From positions 65,480 through 108,290 of the forward strand of contig PCYI01000019.1 in NCBI GenBank assembly GCA_002774795.1: a stretch of 42,811 bases of DNA. Reading direction: 5' to 3'. Each line of letters begins with the position of its first letter. Within the stretch, counting starts at the first letter, position 1. The stretch is from Candidatus Vogelbacteria bacterium CG10_big_fil_rev_8_21_14_0_10_51_16. GTDB lineage: Bacteria; Patescibacteriota; Minisyncoccia; Phycocordibacterales; JACRKE01. Below are positions 1-10,392 of the stretch, one piece after another. A program made the position numbers and the translations under genes. Below the pieces are notes generated by a model. That model worked only from the letters and a program-made list of their open reading frames with translations. It did no database searches and was not told the origin of the DNA.

Positions 1-5
1 TAAAC

Positions 6-76
6 CGAAGCAATCCAGAATTCATGGTGGCTAAGAATAAACCTAGATTGCTTCGCGCAGAGCGCTCGCAAAGACG
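6..76. repeat. REP-like palindromic element, truncated by window start
   Basis: cgaagcaatc (6-15) is the exact reverse complement of gattgcttcg (46-55). It is followed by ...gctcgcaaagac. Confidence 0.6.
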
Positions 77-106
77 AAAACAGTGTTTTGCGTAAGTCCT
101 ATAAAA

Positions 107-254
107 GTATGTCTCATCCAGGCCCCGCATCAGGCATGGGGTAAACTCCCGGCCGAGATCCAGGCCATGGTTGAACCTGGATCCCTGCCTACCGCAGGCG
201 GGCCGTTCTGCAACGGGATGACACTCGAGATGCGCGAGAGGTGTGAGCGGTTAC
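107..254 (-). repeat. Composite REP/MITE-like palindrome, copy 1
   Basis: The reverse complement shares the backbone gtgtcatcccgttgcagaacgg...gatccaggttcaacc...ctggat...gacatac and the taaccNctcacacc end with copies at 16614-16814 and 37160-37280. Confidence 0.8.
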
Positions 255-332
255 CTTTCCCAAAAGAGGCCAGCTGGCCTATTTTGGGAAATTGGAGAAG
301 GGAAAAAATACGAACTTTGTAGCTCAAAGAGT

Positions 333-1655
333 TTAGAGTCGTGGCAGGTACTCCATCGGGTCGAGGTAGCTCTCTAGGGAAGCCAGGGGCATGGTGTAGG
401 TGCCACAGCCAGGAACCTTACTCTTTAATTGCCCGATTTGTACTCCTTCGGTGGCATAGACAGTAAAGTGAAGATGTGGCCCGGTGGCGTATCCGGTCCG
501 GCCCAGGTAGCCGACGAGGTCACCCGTGGCCACCACTTGGCCCCGGACGGCCTTCACAAGCGAGAGGTGGGCGTAGAGGGTGGAGAGGCCGTTATCGTGG
601 TCGATAAGCACCCATTTGCCGTATGAGGCCCCTTTGCAGGTGAGGTCGGTATCCCCCACCCCCCGTACGGTGCCTCTGCGGGCGCTCCATAGCTCGGTCC
701 CGACGCTTCCCCCAAAGTCTGTACCATTGTGGCCCTTGCCACTGTAGACCTGGCTATGAGTGCGGGAGAATTCTGTATCTCCAAATGGCTGGGTGATGCG
801 CACGGGCTTTAATGGCCAGGCAAGGGAGCCTGTCGCCACCTCTTCCCCTGGAAGCTTGCTTCTGTCGATAATGGTGCGGAGCTCCGTCTCAAAGGCGCGA
901 ATCTCCGCTTCCACGGCGGCTATTTCACGTTCTTTGGTTGCCAGTAAGTTGCGATAGGTGCCCTCTTCGTTTTTGGTAGTAGCAAGGAGCGTCGCCTGTT
1001 CTTTTCTGGCATTATCGGCAATCTTTTTTTGGTCGGCTACTTTTTTACGTAATGCCTCTAGCTTTTGTTTTTCCGCACTTACTTCCGCTTGGTTATCGAC
1101 AAGGGTTGCTCTGGTCTTGCGCAACTCGGCGAGACTGGCGTCTATTGCTCCTGTAAAACTAAGCAACTCTACGTGGGCTCTCATGACGCTACTCATTCTC
1201 TCGGAGGTAAATAGTATTTCCATCAACGAGCGGTCATCCTCGCGTGCGAGCGCTTGCGTGGCGGCGCCTAGCGCCTCGCGATTTTTACGAATGTGCTCCT
1301 CCTTACCCCCGATTTCATCTCCGAGCGAGCGCACTGTGAGCTCCGCTTTGTCTATTTTTGCTTGGGTGGCGTTGACTTCTAGCTGGAGCTTTTTGCGGGT
1401 GGTGTCCAGAACGGCAATCTCGCGCTCTAGAGTCGTCGCCTCGGCGCCAATGGAAAGGAGCTCTTTGTTGTATTTCGCGATCTCTCTTTCGAGCTCGCTG
1501 ATGGAGGCGCTCTTCGCGCCGATCTTTTGTTGAAGCTCAAGGGCAGTCTCACCCAAAACAGCACCCGGCCTTAGGAGAAAGATTAGAAACACTATAATTC
1601 CAGTGGCATACAGAAAAAAAGAGTTAGAGCGCAAGAGTGAACCTAGGTGATTCAT
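333..1655 (-). CDS. M23 metallopeptidase with long coiled coil (EnvC/NlpD-like murein hydrolase or activator)
   Basis: N-terminal TM/signal, long coiled coil, and C-terminal M23 motifs HNGTD, YAHL and GPHLHF. Confidence 0.88.
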   Translation of the reverse strand: MNHLGSLLRSNSFFLYATGIIVFLIFLLRPGAVLGETALELQQKIGAKSASISELEREIAKYNKELLSIGAEATTLEREIAVLDTTRKKLQLEVNATQAKIDKAELTVRSLGDEIGGKEEHIRKNREALGAATQALAREDDRSLMEILFTSERMSSVMRAHVELLSFTGAIDASLAELRKTRATLVDNQAEVSAEKQKLEALRKKVADQKKIADNARKEQATLLATTKNEEGTYRNLLATKEREIAAVEAEIRAFETELRTIIDRSKLPGEEVATGSLAWPLKPVRITQPFGDTEFSRTHSQVYSGKGHNGTDFGGSVGTELWSARRGTVRGVGDTDLTCKGASYGKWVLIDHDNGLSTLYAHLSLVKAVRGQVVATGDLVGYLGRTGYATGPHLHFTVYATEGVQIGQLKSKVPGCGTYTMPLASLESYLDPMEYLPRL

Positions 1656-1658
1656 ACT

Positions 1659-2789
1659 CTATTCATGCTCTAGGCCTATGTTTAATAGCGCTTCTGCAAT
1701 TATTTTGGCCGCGTCTGGTTTAAAGAACTTTCTTGCTCCCAGGCGCATCTCCTCTTGAATGGCCACGCTCCCGAGAATGCGGTCAATTTCTGAAGCGAGT
1801 AAGTGTGGGCCAAGATTCTTTTCTTCTATCACTATCGCCGCTCCAGAATGCGCATAGTTATAGGCGTTTGCGCGCTGGTGGTCACCGTGGGCTATTTCAC
1901 CTGAAAGAGGGATAAGAATTGATGGAGTCCCCCACGCCGCAATTTCAAATATTGTAGAGCCAGCCCTGGATATAATGATGTTTGCGCATGCACCGATCAT
2001 TCTAGTGGCAGACATGTCTAGATAACCAAACGGCTTGTAACGATCTTTGTTGCTAGACTGTCCAAGAACCAAGGCGGCTCGGCTTTTGACATCCCCTAGA
2101 TTTAACGCACCAATCTGGTGTACCACGGTGTATTTTTCCACAAGTTGTGGAAGCATGTCCACGATCATATTGTTTATCGTCATGGCACCTTGAGAGCCAC
2201 CTGTGATGTAAATAATCGGCACTCCGGCTTCGGCTCCAAAGAACTCACGCGCACCAGAGGCAGACAGGTCTATAAGAGCGGAGCGCACCGGGTTTCCCGT
2301 GACTGCGACCTTTTCTTTAGGAAAAAAAGTTTCCGCTTCCGCGTAGGAGACGGCCACATAGCGGGCAAACTTTCCGGCCCAGCGATTTACCCGACCGGGC
2401 ACAGAATCAGATTCGTGAATGACAACCGGAATCTGAAGTAGTTTTGCGGCAAAAAGGGCAGGGAAACTCGCGTAGCCACCCTTAGCAAAAATAACGTCCG
2501 GGAAAAGCGTATAGAGTTTCCATGTTGAGGTGATGAGACCAAAAACCGTTTTCAGGGAGTCCGATATATTGCGAATAGATAGATAGGTGCGCGACCTACC
2601 TGCCGTGGTATGAATATAGGTAAGATGTGCTTCAAACAAAGCCCGTTTGTTATAGGGTGAATCGGACATGTAGTAGAGCTCAATGCCCACATACTTTTCC
2701 TCCTCTGCTTTTTCCTGTAAGGCTTCGGCCACGGCAATTATGGGATAAAAGTGACCCCCACTACCTCCACCGGTGAATAGAATCTTCAT
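1659..2789 (-). CDS. murG: Lipid II GlcNAc transferase MurG
   Basis: TGGGSGGH, KGGYAS, HESDSVPG, GNPVR, GGSQGA, SRAG and HQRANA motifs; adjacent to ftsW. Confidence 0.96.
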   Translation of the reverse strand: MKILFTGGGSGGHFYPIIAVAEALQEKAEEEKYVGIELYYMSDSPYNKRALFEAHLTYIHTTAGRSRTYLSIRNISDSLKTVFGLITSTWKLYTLFPDVIFAKGGYASFPALFAAKLLQIPVVIHESDSVPGRVNRWAGKFARYVAVSYAEAETFFPKEKVAVTGNPVRSALIDLSASGAREFFGAEAGVPIIYITGGSQGAMTINNMIVDMLPQLVEKYTVVHQIGALNLGDVKSRAALVLGQSSNKDRYKPFGYLDMSATRMIGACANIIISRAGSTIFEIAAWGTPSILIPLSGEIAHGDHQRANAYNYAHSGAAIVIEEKNLGPHLLASEIDRILGSVAIQEEMRLGARKFFKPDAAKIIAEALLNIGLEHE

Positions 2790-2793
2790 ATTC

Positions 2794-2882
2794 TAGTTTT
2801 TAGTTTGTAGTTTGTAGCTTGTAGTTTGTAGAGAATGCGTGGATTTTGTATTTCCTACTCACTAATAGCTACGCTCTAGACC
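2794..2882. repeat. Heptamer array, inverted pair (TAGTTTG x5 ... CTANNNN x4)
   Basis: tagtttt tagtttg tagtttg tagcttg tagtttg (2794-2828), then ctactca ctaatag ctacgct ctagacc. Confidence 0.8.
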
Positions 2883-2888
2883 CTGTAA

Positions 2889-3992
2889 TTATGTCGTCAC
2901 TCTGTGTCTTGACACATTCAATATTATGCCGACTTCTACTAAAGTAAAAACCAGGGCTGTTCCTCCGTGACTAACAAAAAGCAGAGGGACTCCTGTAAGA
3001 GGAATAATGCCAAGCATGGCCCCGATATTGATAAACGACTGACCTGTGATGAGTATAACAATTCCAGCCACCGTCAGTCTACCAAAACTATTTGGAGCAT
3101 CGGCCGCTATCTTCATGCCACGCAGTCCAAAACCCAGAAAAAGGAGAATAAGAAGACTGCTCCCAACAAAACCAAACTCCTCGGCGGCGACGGCAAAGAT
3201 CGAGTCACCAATCGCTTCTGGAAGATAGTTAAACTTTTGAACGCTCTGGCCGAATCCACGCCCCACGACTCCCCCAGAACCAATGGCTAAAATAGACTGA
3301 CGGAGCTGGTATGAGGCGCCTAGCTGATCCCGACCGGGGTCCATAAAAGTGAGGAGGCGCTCTCGGACGTACGGTCGAAAACTGGCAAGCAGGACGACTC
3401 CCAGAATGGCGGCACTTAAAAGCACCCCAATATGTTTCCAGGAAGCTCCGGCAATAGCAAAGATTCCTATGGAAGATGCGAATATAACTAGAAAAGTCCC
3501 CGTGTCTGGCTGGGTGAGAACAAGAAGCGTGGCAATTGCAAGGACGCCACAAAAAGGGAGAAGGCCATATTGAAATGTGTGAGCTCTATCTTGATAGCGA
3601 GAATACCACCAGGCAAGAGCAAGCACCGTCCCCAGTTTTAAAAATTCAGAAGGTTGAAATGTAATGGGTCCGACGGCTATCCAACGCATCGCTCCTCCCG
3701 AAGAGAATCCGACACCTGGAATAAAAAGAATTGCGCTTACAAGCACCGAGCATAGAAAGAGCGGCAATGCCCATTTTTGCCAATATTTATATGGCATCTT
3801 TGAAATAGCAAAAAGAGCAACGGTTCCCATCACAACCCCTATTATAAGCTGTTTTAAAATAACAAACTGGAAGCCCGCTCCGCTCCTGGCTAAAAGTCCG
3901 AAAGCGGCAGAAGTAAATATAAAGAAGCCAACCATAAGTAGGATTACCACAATGACAAAGAGAAGTCGGTCTGGCCTGTTTTTGTGCTTCAT
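2889..3992 (-). CDS. ftsW: SEDS family peptidoglycan polymerase FtsW
   Basis: Multi-TM protein with RWI, FQPSEFLK, QPDTG, GRGFGQSVQK, LPEAIGDSIFAV and GVPLLFVSHGG. Confidence 0.93.
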   Translation of the reverse strand: MKHKNRPDRLLFVIVVILLMVGFFIFTSAAFGLLARSGAGFQFVILKQLIIGVVMGTVALFAISKMPYKYWQKWALPLFLCSVLVSAILFIPGVGFSSGGAMRWIAVGPITFQPSEFLKLGTVLALAWWYSRYQDRAHTFQYGLLPFCGVLAIATLLVLTQPDTGTFLVIFASSIGIFAIAGASWKHIGVLLSAAILGVVLLASFRPYVRERLLTFMDPGRDQLGASYQLRQSILAIGSGGVVGRGFGQSVQKFNYLPEAIGDSIFAVAAEEFGFVGSSLLILLFLGFGLRGMKIAADAPNSFGRLTVAGIVILITGQSFINIGAMLGIIPLTGVPLLFVSHGGTALVFTLVEVGIILNVSRHRVTT

Positions 3993-4005
3993 GAGTGGCT
4001 GTTAC

Positions 4006-4998
4006 TTACTCCATGTCTTCAATGATAAGACGATAGAGTGCTTTGACCCGATTGCGGGCATCTTTACCGATAGCGCTATAGTGTTCAAGTCCCGGGTGGT
4101 CATTCACTTCAAGGACTGTGTATTGGCTAATGGGACCAGTGACGCTTTCTTTGGTCATAATGTCAATGCCGGCGAATGTTAGCCCCGCGTCCCTCGCTAT
4201 CTGAATAGCCGTATTTCTGAGACTCTGGTGAACTTCAGTGCTCAAGTCTACTGCGTCTCCTCCGGCAGAGAGGTTGGCGTTATCAAGAAGTCGAAGCAGT
4301 TGCCCGCTCCGAGGGCGACTATCTAAATCAAGACCATAGTTCCGTGTTAGGCAGTTGCTTATGCGTGTATCGTTTGGGACAATCTTTACCCCTCTCCCCC
4401 CTTTTTTTAAATGTGAGAGTTTTGCTTCCAGAAGCTCGCGCACCGTTTTGTTGCCGTCACCAACCACCGAAAGAGGGGTGCGTTCATAGAAGATGGGAGC
4501 GCTGTCCTTGTATACAATCGCGCGGTAGTCTCGCCCGTGAATGACCTTCTGAACAAGCACAATGTTGTTGTCGTAGAAAAGCTCTCCCAGTGCCTGTTCT
4601 AAAAAGTTGCGGTCTTCGACCAAGCTTACGCCGTTTCCTTGAGCTCGCGCGTTTGGTTTTACTATTACAGGATAGCCAATTGTGGTAGCGTAATCTAGCG
4701 CTGCGCTCAGGTTGTTGCTGGTGTTATTTATAAGACACCATTGGTCCGAGAAAAAAGCCTCTCCTTCAGGAACAGAATAGCCTAAAGATTTAAGAAAAAA
4801 ACTGGTGTAATCTTTGTCGGACGCTATGCGAGCCGCCGCCGCGCCGTTGCAGTCCATCGTGGCTAAATGAAAAAATCGACGACTGCCGGACGGGTATGTA
4901 ACTCTTCCGGCATAGCCGAACTTTGGCTCTAAAAATAGCTCAATACCAAGCTCGCGAGCTGTCTCGGCAATCAAGGAGCTGGTGAAGGGAGGAGACAT
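4006..4998 (-). CDS. Stand-alone ATP-grasp peptide ligase (cyanophycin synthetase N-terminal / GshAB C-terminal-like)
   Basis: IASDK, YPVIVKP..AQGNGV, DYR, VVGDG..TV.ELL, NANLSAGG, AGIDI and LEVN.HPG motifs. Substrate unknown. Confidence 0.75.
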   Translation of the reverse strand: MSPPFTSSLIAETARELGIELFLEPKFGYAGRVTYPSGSRRFFHLATMDCNGAAAARIASDKDYTSFFLKSLGYSVPEGEAFFSDQWCLINNTSNNLSAALDYATTIGYPVIVKPNARAQGNGVSLVEDRNFLEQALGELFYDNNIVLVQKVIHGRDYRAIVYKDSAPIFYERTPLSVVGDGNKTVRELLEAKLSHLKKGGRGVKIVPNDTRISNCLTRNYGLDLDSRPRSGQLLRLLDNANLSAGGDAVDLSTEVHQSLRNTAIQIARDAGLTFAGIDIMTKESVTGPISQYTVLEVNDHPGLEHYSAIGKDARNRVKALYRLIIEDME

Positions 4999-5005
4999 AA
5001 AAAAT

Positions 5006-5080
5006 GAATCTGGAATGAAGAATCTTGAATTTGGATTTACGCATCATTCTAGATTCCAGATTCAAGATTTCAGCTTCTTG
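5006..5080. repeat. Heptamer array, inverted pair (GAATNNN x5 / ATTCNAG x4)
   Basis: gaatctg gaatgaa gaatctt gaatttg gatttac, then attctag attccag attcaag atttcag. Confidence 0.8.
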
Positions 5081-5083
5081 AGT

Positions 5084-6145
5084 TTAGAGCTTTCCCACTA
5101 TGGCAACCACCATGCCTGCCACTGATGTCACTACGCCTACTATCCAGTAGCGCATTACCACTTTTGTAGCGGGCCAGCCAAGGGCTTGAAAATGATGATG
5201 AAGGGGGGCGACAAGGAAAACTTTTCTTCCCCCGCGAAAACGCTTGGAAAGCATTTGAATGATGCTCGATGCTGATGTTATCCACAATGGAAAAGCTATT
5301 ATCACAAGGGCGAGAACGGCGTCAGTAAGAAAGGCAACAACGGCCAGGGTGACAGTAAGAGCCAGAGCCCCGGTTTCCGAAAGGAAGAAGCGCGCGGGCG
5401 GTATATTGTACCACAGAAAGGCAAGCACGGCTCCCACCACAACGGCGCAAAAGGCCGCGATATCTATTTGTTGTTGCGCGAATGCTATACCTGAATAAGC
5501 GGCAAACATCGAAGCAAAGATGCCACCAGATAATCCATCTAATCCGTCTATTACGCCACCAGAAAAAAGGGCAAGCATTACTATCATAAAAAATGGAACG
5601 AAGAAAAAACCTAGAGAAATTGGATCTAAAAAAGGCACAGAGACCGTGCTCACTCCAAGTTTTAAATAAAACCACAAGGCACCAACAAGACCGATGAAAA
5701 GAACAGCTACTATTCTCTTTGTGGCCGAAAGTCCCCCACCGACACCAGCGCCCTGTTCGCGCACTTGCAAGAGGTCGTCTACCAGACCAACCAGGGCCGC
5801 CACCACTAAGCTAAACAGGGGTAACCAAGTCTGGTTTCTACTTAAAAAAGAGAGCTTTTCTGTTGCGGTGGTTGGAAATAGCGCCGCCAACATCCAGAAA
5901 AGTAATGTTGTCAAAAGGACGCTTCCCCATACCACTATGCCGCCCATGCGTGGTGTTTTCCTCTCTTCGTCATTGTGGAGCTTGGCTGTGATAGTGGCAG
6001 AGTGGCCGTCCATGGCCCTTGGGACGTTCTTTTTTTTCCACATCTTATTGCGGTAAAGATAGTCGGCTAGAGCCGGAGTAATTGCCATACCTACCAAAAA
6101 AGCAATAGTTAATGGTACGAATATTTTAATGATGTCTAGAAACAT
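5084..6145 (-). CDS. mraY: Phospho-N-acetylmuramoyl-pentapeptide transferase MraY
   Basis: KTPRMGG, GLVDD, IDGLDGL, FLWYNIPPARFF and APLHHHF motifs; multi-TM. Confidence 0.95.
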   Translation of the reverse strand: MFLDIIKIFVPLTIAFLVGMAITPALADYLYRNKMWKKKNVPRAMDGHSATITAKLHNDEERKTPRMGGIVVWGSVLLTTLLFWMLAALFPTTATEKLSFLSRNQTWLPLFSLVVAALVGLVDDLLQVREQGAGVGGGLSATKRIVAVLFIGLVGALWFYLKLGVSTVSVPFLDPISLGFFFVPFFMIVMLALFSGGVIDGLDGLSGGIFASMFAAYSGIAFAQQQIDIAAFCAVVVGAVLAFLWYNIPPARFFLSETGALALTVTLAVVAFLTDAVLALVIIAFPLWITSASSIIQMLSKRFRGGRKVFLVAPLHHHFQALGWPATKVVMRYWIVGVVTSVAGMVVAIVGKL

Positions 6146-6235
6146 GGGCCTGGATATCGGTATTTTTTAAAAATCAACAAATAGAATGAGACCCGATTTA
6201 TGCGCAATAAAGAGTTTATTGTGCTGGAAGCAATC

Positions 6236-7162
6236 TTAGCGCGTCTTGTCTTTGCTGTCGACCGCTTTGCTTAGGTCTCCTATGTCTGAGGCAAAGTACT
6301 GCAAGGTGGCTCTCGAAAGTCTCTCTACGTCACTAAATCTCTCAGCTTCTCCAGAGCCCATAACTACAATTACAATAGGATGATTAATGCCAGCATCTGT
6401 GATAATAGCGAGATTACCGCCAGCCAGGTCTGTGAATCCTGTTTTAGAAGCAAGAACGGCCGGCAAACGCTCGACGATGATATTTGTATTTTCCGTATCA
6501 GTGAGTGCTCCTTCGCGACTTTTAAGGTTAACAATAGCGTTAGAGGTCGCTCTAAATATTTCAGGTTGACTGCTTGCGCCGTACCAAAGAAGTGTCGCTG
6601 TTTCGCGAGCTGTCCCGTACGCGCCAGCTGTTGTGTCATCGATGTCTAAGCCACTGGTGTTTAAGTATAGGGTGTTTCTGAGTCCAAGAGTATCTGCGGT
6701 TGCATTCATTGCCTCCACAAAGATTGATTCTCCGGACCATCGGTTGCTGTCGTAAGTGTCGTTTGCGAGGGCTGTCACGGCTTGCGCGGCATAGTTTGAG
6801 GACGAGACAAGCATCTTTTCAAGGAATGTGATAAGTGTCCATGTATGTTGACCTTGCGCGTCCGCGAAACTCTTAGGGCTGTTATTGCCGTATTGCTCCA
6901 CTGCAACTATTGCCGTCATTATCTTCGTGAGTGAGGCAAGCGGTAGGGGGAGGTCCGCTTCTTTGTCGTAGAGTACTTTTTGGGTAATTGGATCGTATAC
7001 TATGGCGGCACGCGCAGTCAGCTCCACTTCTGGAAAGGAACGCTTAAGAGATGTCAAGGGCGCCTCTTTTTGGGTGATTGTTGAAGAATGCCTTAAGATG
7101 CCCATGTACCCAAGCATGGATATTACTACGAAGCTTAATATAAGTGGCGCGCTTAACTTCAT
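6236..7162 (-). CDS. D-alanyl-D-alanine carboxypeptidase (peptidase S11, DacA-like)
   Basis: SxxK (ASLTK), SxN (SSN), N.SGLD and KTG (KTGFT); N-terminal anchor. Confidence 0.9.
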   Translation of the reverse strand: MKLSAPLILSFVVISMLGYMGILRHSSTITQKEAPLTSLKRSFPEVELTARAAIVYDPITQKVLYDKEADLPLPLASLTKIMTAIVAVEQYGNNSPKSFADAQGQHTWTLITFLEKMLVSSSNYAAQAVTALANDTYDSNRWSGESIFVEAMNATADTLGLRNTLYLNTSGLDIDDTTAGAYGTARETATLLWYGASSQPEIFRATSNAIVNLKSREGALTDTENTNIIVERLPAVLASKTGFTDLAGGNLAIITDAGINHPIVIVVMGSGEAERFSDVERLSRATLQYFASDIGDLSKAVDSKDKTR

Positions 7163-7740
7163 ATCTTTTGGTCAAGTTCCGCTTCTGTTTGAGCATCACC
7201 TCTTGTCGACCTTTCTAAATAGTTTACGAGAGCGGCAACAACCGTGTCGCAGTCAGGCAGTTCCTCTAAAGATTTTAATCCTAGGTGGGCCAAGGTCTCT
7301 ATGGTCGGCACATATCGGGCTTGGCGTTTATCTGAACCATCTGCATTGCGTTCGATCAGGCCTCTAAGTGTAAGGTGTCTAATAATATGACTTGAATCAA
7401 CTCCGCGAATCGTGTTTATCTCACTTCGAGAAATCGGATTTCTGTAGAGCACAAGCGCGAGCACCTCTAATCCCGCTCGGCCAATATCTTTTTCGCGCTC
7501 CTCGATAAGGTTGGTCTCAAGAAAGGCCGACAGCTCCGGAGCTGTTCCAAGGGCAACGGAATCTTGCGTCTGGAGAATGGCGAGACCACTTTCTTGCTCT
7601 TTGTAGCGTGCGGCTAGGGCGACAACAGCCTCCTTAACCTCTTCGGGTGAGCTTTCACATATTCTTGTTAATTTAGTTAGGGATGACGGCTCACCTGTTT
7701 GCAAAAGAAATCCTTCAATTTTAGCTGAAAGTGAAAACAT
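7159..7740 (-). CDS. scpB: SMC-Scp complex subunit ScpB
   Basis: LEVLALVLYRNPISRSEI..IRGVDS..L..RGLI and LGLKSLEELP; next to scpA. Confidence 0.92.
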   Translation of the reverse strand: MFSLSAKIEGFLLQTGEPSSLTKLTRICESSPEEVKEAVVALAARYKEQESGLAILQTQDSVALGTAPELSAFLETNLIEEREKDIGRAGLEVLALVLYRNPISRSEINTIRGVDSSHIIRHLTLRGLIERNADGSDKRQARYVPTIETLAHLGLKSLEELPDCDTVVAALVNYLERSTRGDAQTEAELDQKI

Positions 7741-7815
7741 GGAATTTTAGCTTAAGTATATTGGAATCTTGCCTAGACGTTCTGGGTATAGATGCTATCT
7801 ATTGGTTTCTAATTT

Positions 7816-7933
7816 GAGACTGTAGAAAAACTATTTTTCTACAGTCTCACCCCGTCGAATGACGGGGTCACCCTGATTTTTTCTTGATAAGTGTTGGTAC
7901 AAAAACTCACTTTTTTTGTTTTTCTACAGTCTC
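7816..7933. mobile_element. MITE (non-autonomous, 118 bp)
   Basis: Perfect 16-bp TIRs gagactgtagaaaaac (7816-7831) and gtttttctacagtctc (7918-7933). A 5-bp direct repeat aattt lies on both sides (7811-7815, 7934-7938). Confidence 0.8.
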
Positions 7934-7947
7934 AATTTACGCGGTAC

Positions 7948-8712
7948 CTACGTGTAGTTAGGCAACGTGGAGTGTGCCGTCGCCACCTCTATGTCATTAA
8001 AATGGTCTTTCTGACTAAGGGCCACAAGGCCGCGTCTGGCTAATTCTAGAAGCGCAAGGAAGCTAACAATAATTCGTTTCTTCTCAACCGTATCTAGTGG
8101 AGCAACTCCTTTCGACCGTCGGTGCGCGTTGAAGCGCATTGAAAGAGCGCTTTGCAGTCTTGCGAGGGTATCTTCCATTACGTCGTTTAGGTTAGCTATC
8201 TTTTCAATAGCCGCTTCAGGAATACTGCGAAGATTGGGTAGCTCGTTAATTAGTCTTACGATAATCTCTCTAATTTCACCAAGACCACACGTAAGGTGGT
8301 CTCCAATCTTTTTTGGAGGAGAGAATCTCACCATCTGCGGAAGAGGTGCTCCCACATAGATTCGCGCACTCTTTTGGAGGTGGTCAAGCGTAATGGCCGC
8401 GTCGCGCACTATTTGATAGACAGCAAGACGGTTTTCTAGGTCTACCACGTCTTGTTCCTCTTCCTTGGTTAGTGAAAATTCCGGAATAAGTGAACGTGAC
8501 TTTATGAGGAGTAGGGTCGACGCTACCAGTATGAAATTAGCAGTGGTGGCTAATGGTAAGTCAGAGTGCGCTTCCAAGTGTTCTATAAAACTGTCGGCGA
8601 TGGCGGCGAGGGAAAGATCATTTACGAGCATCTTTCTTTCCTGGACAAGTTTTAGCACCAGGTCAAGAGGGCCAGAAAAATCTCCAACAGTGACGTTAAA
8701 CTCTTCCTCCAT
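7948..8712 (-). CDS. scpA: Segregation/condensation protein ScpA (kleisin)
   Basis: FSGPLDLVLKLV, FILVASTLLLIKSRSLIP, IVSFLALLELAR.G...Q..HFNDI. Confidence 0.93.
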   Translation of the reverse strand: MEEEFNVTVGDFSGPLDLVLKLVQERKMLVNDLSLAAIADSFIEHLEAHSDLPLATTANFILVASTLLLIKSRSLIPEFSLTKEEEQDVVDLENRLAVYQIVRDAAITLDHLQKSARIYVGAPLPQMVRFSPPKKIGDHLTCGLGEIREIIVRLINELPNLRSIPEAAIEKIANLNDVMEDTLARLQSALSMRFNAHRRSKGVAPLDTVEKKRIIVSFLALLELARRGLVALSQKDHFNDIEVATAHSTLPNYT

Positions 8713-8776
8713 GCATAACAGTATACCTCAATCTTAGCCAGTTGCCTTGTTGAAAATCTAAAGGAAGCGCACCCTC

Positions 8777-10216
<1,440 letters not shown>

Positions 10217-10234
10217 AATCGGTCCGGAAAAAAC

Positions 10235-10392
10235 ACGAAACCCAAACCTCACAAAACTCCAAAGAACGCAAACGCATTTACTTGTATTGGTCTATGCAAA
10301 ATGACATCTTGTAAACCTTAAGCGTGAATCATGTTTGCGTAGGTCCTACGACATTTACTTTTGGAGCTTTGTGCTTTGTGCTTTGTGTTTTT
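10235..10392. repeat. Heptamer array, CACAAAA/TTTGTGY family, inverted pair
   Basis: cacaaaactccaaa at 10250-10263 and tttggagctttgtgctttgtgctttgtg at about 10360-10387. Confidence 0.75.

Noticed and set aside
83..327. ORFs 83..322 and 130..327 (likewise 16601-17064, 20776-21026, 37152-37334)
   Set aside because: They are translations of palindromic repeats and have no protein motifs.
4006..4998. Calling the ATP-grasp gene cphA, murD or ddl
   Set aside because: It is too short for CphA, has no Mur-ligase P-loop domain and lacks the typical Ddl N-terminal motifs.
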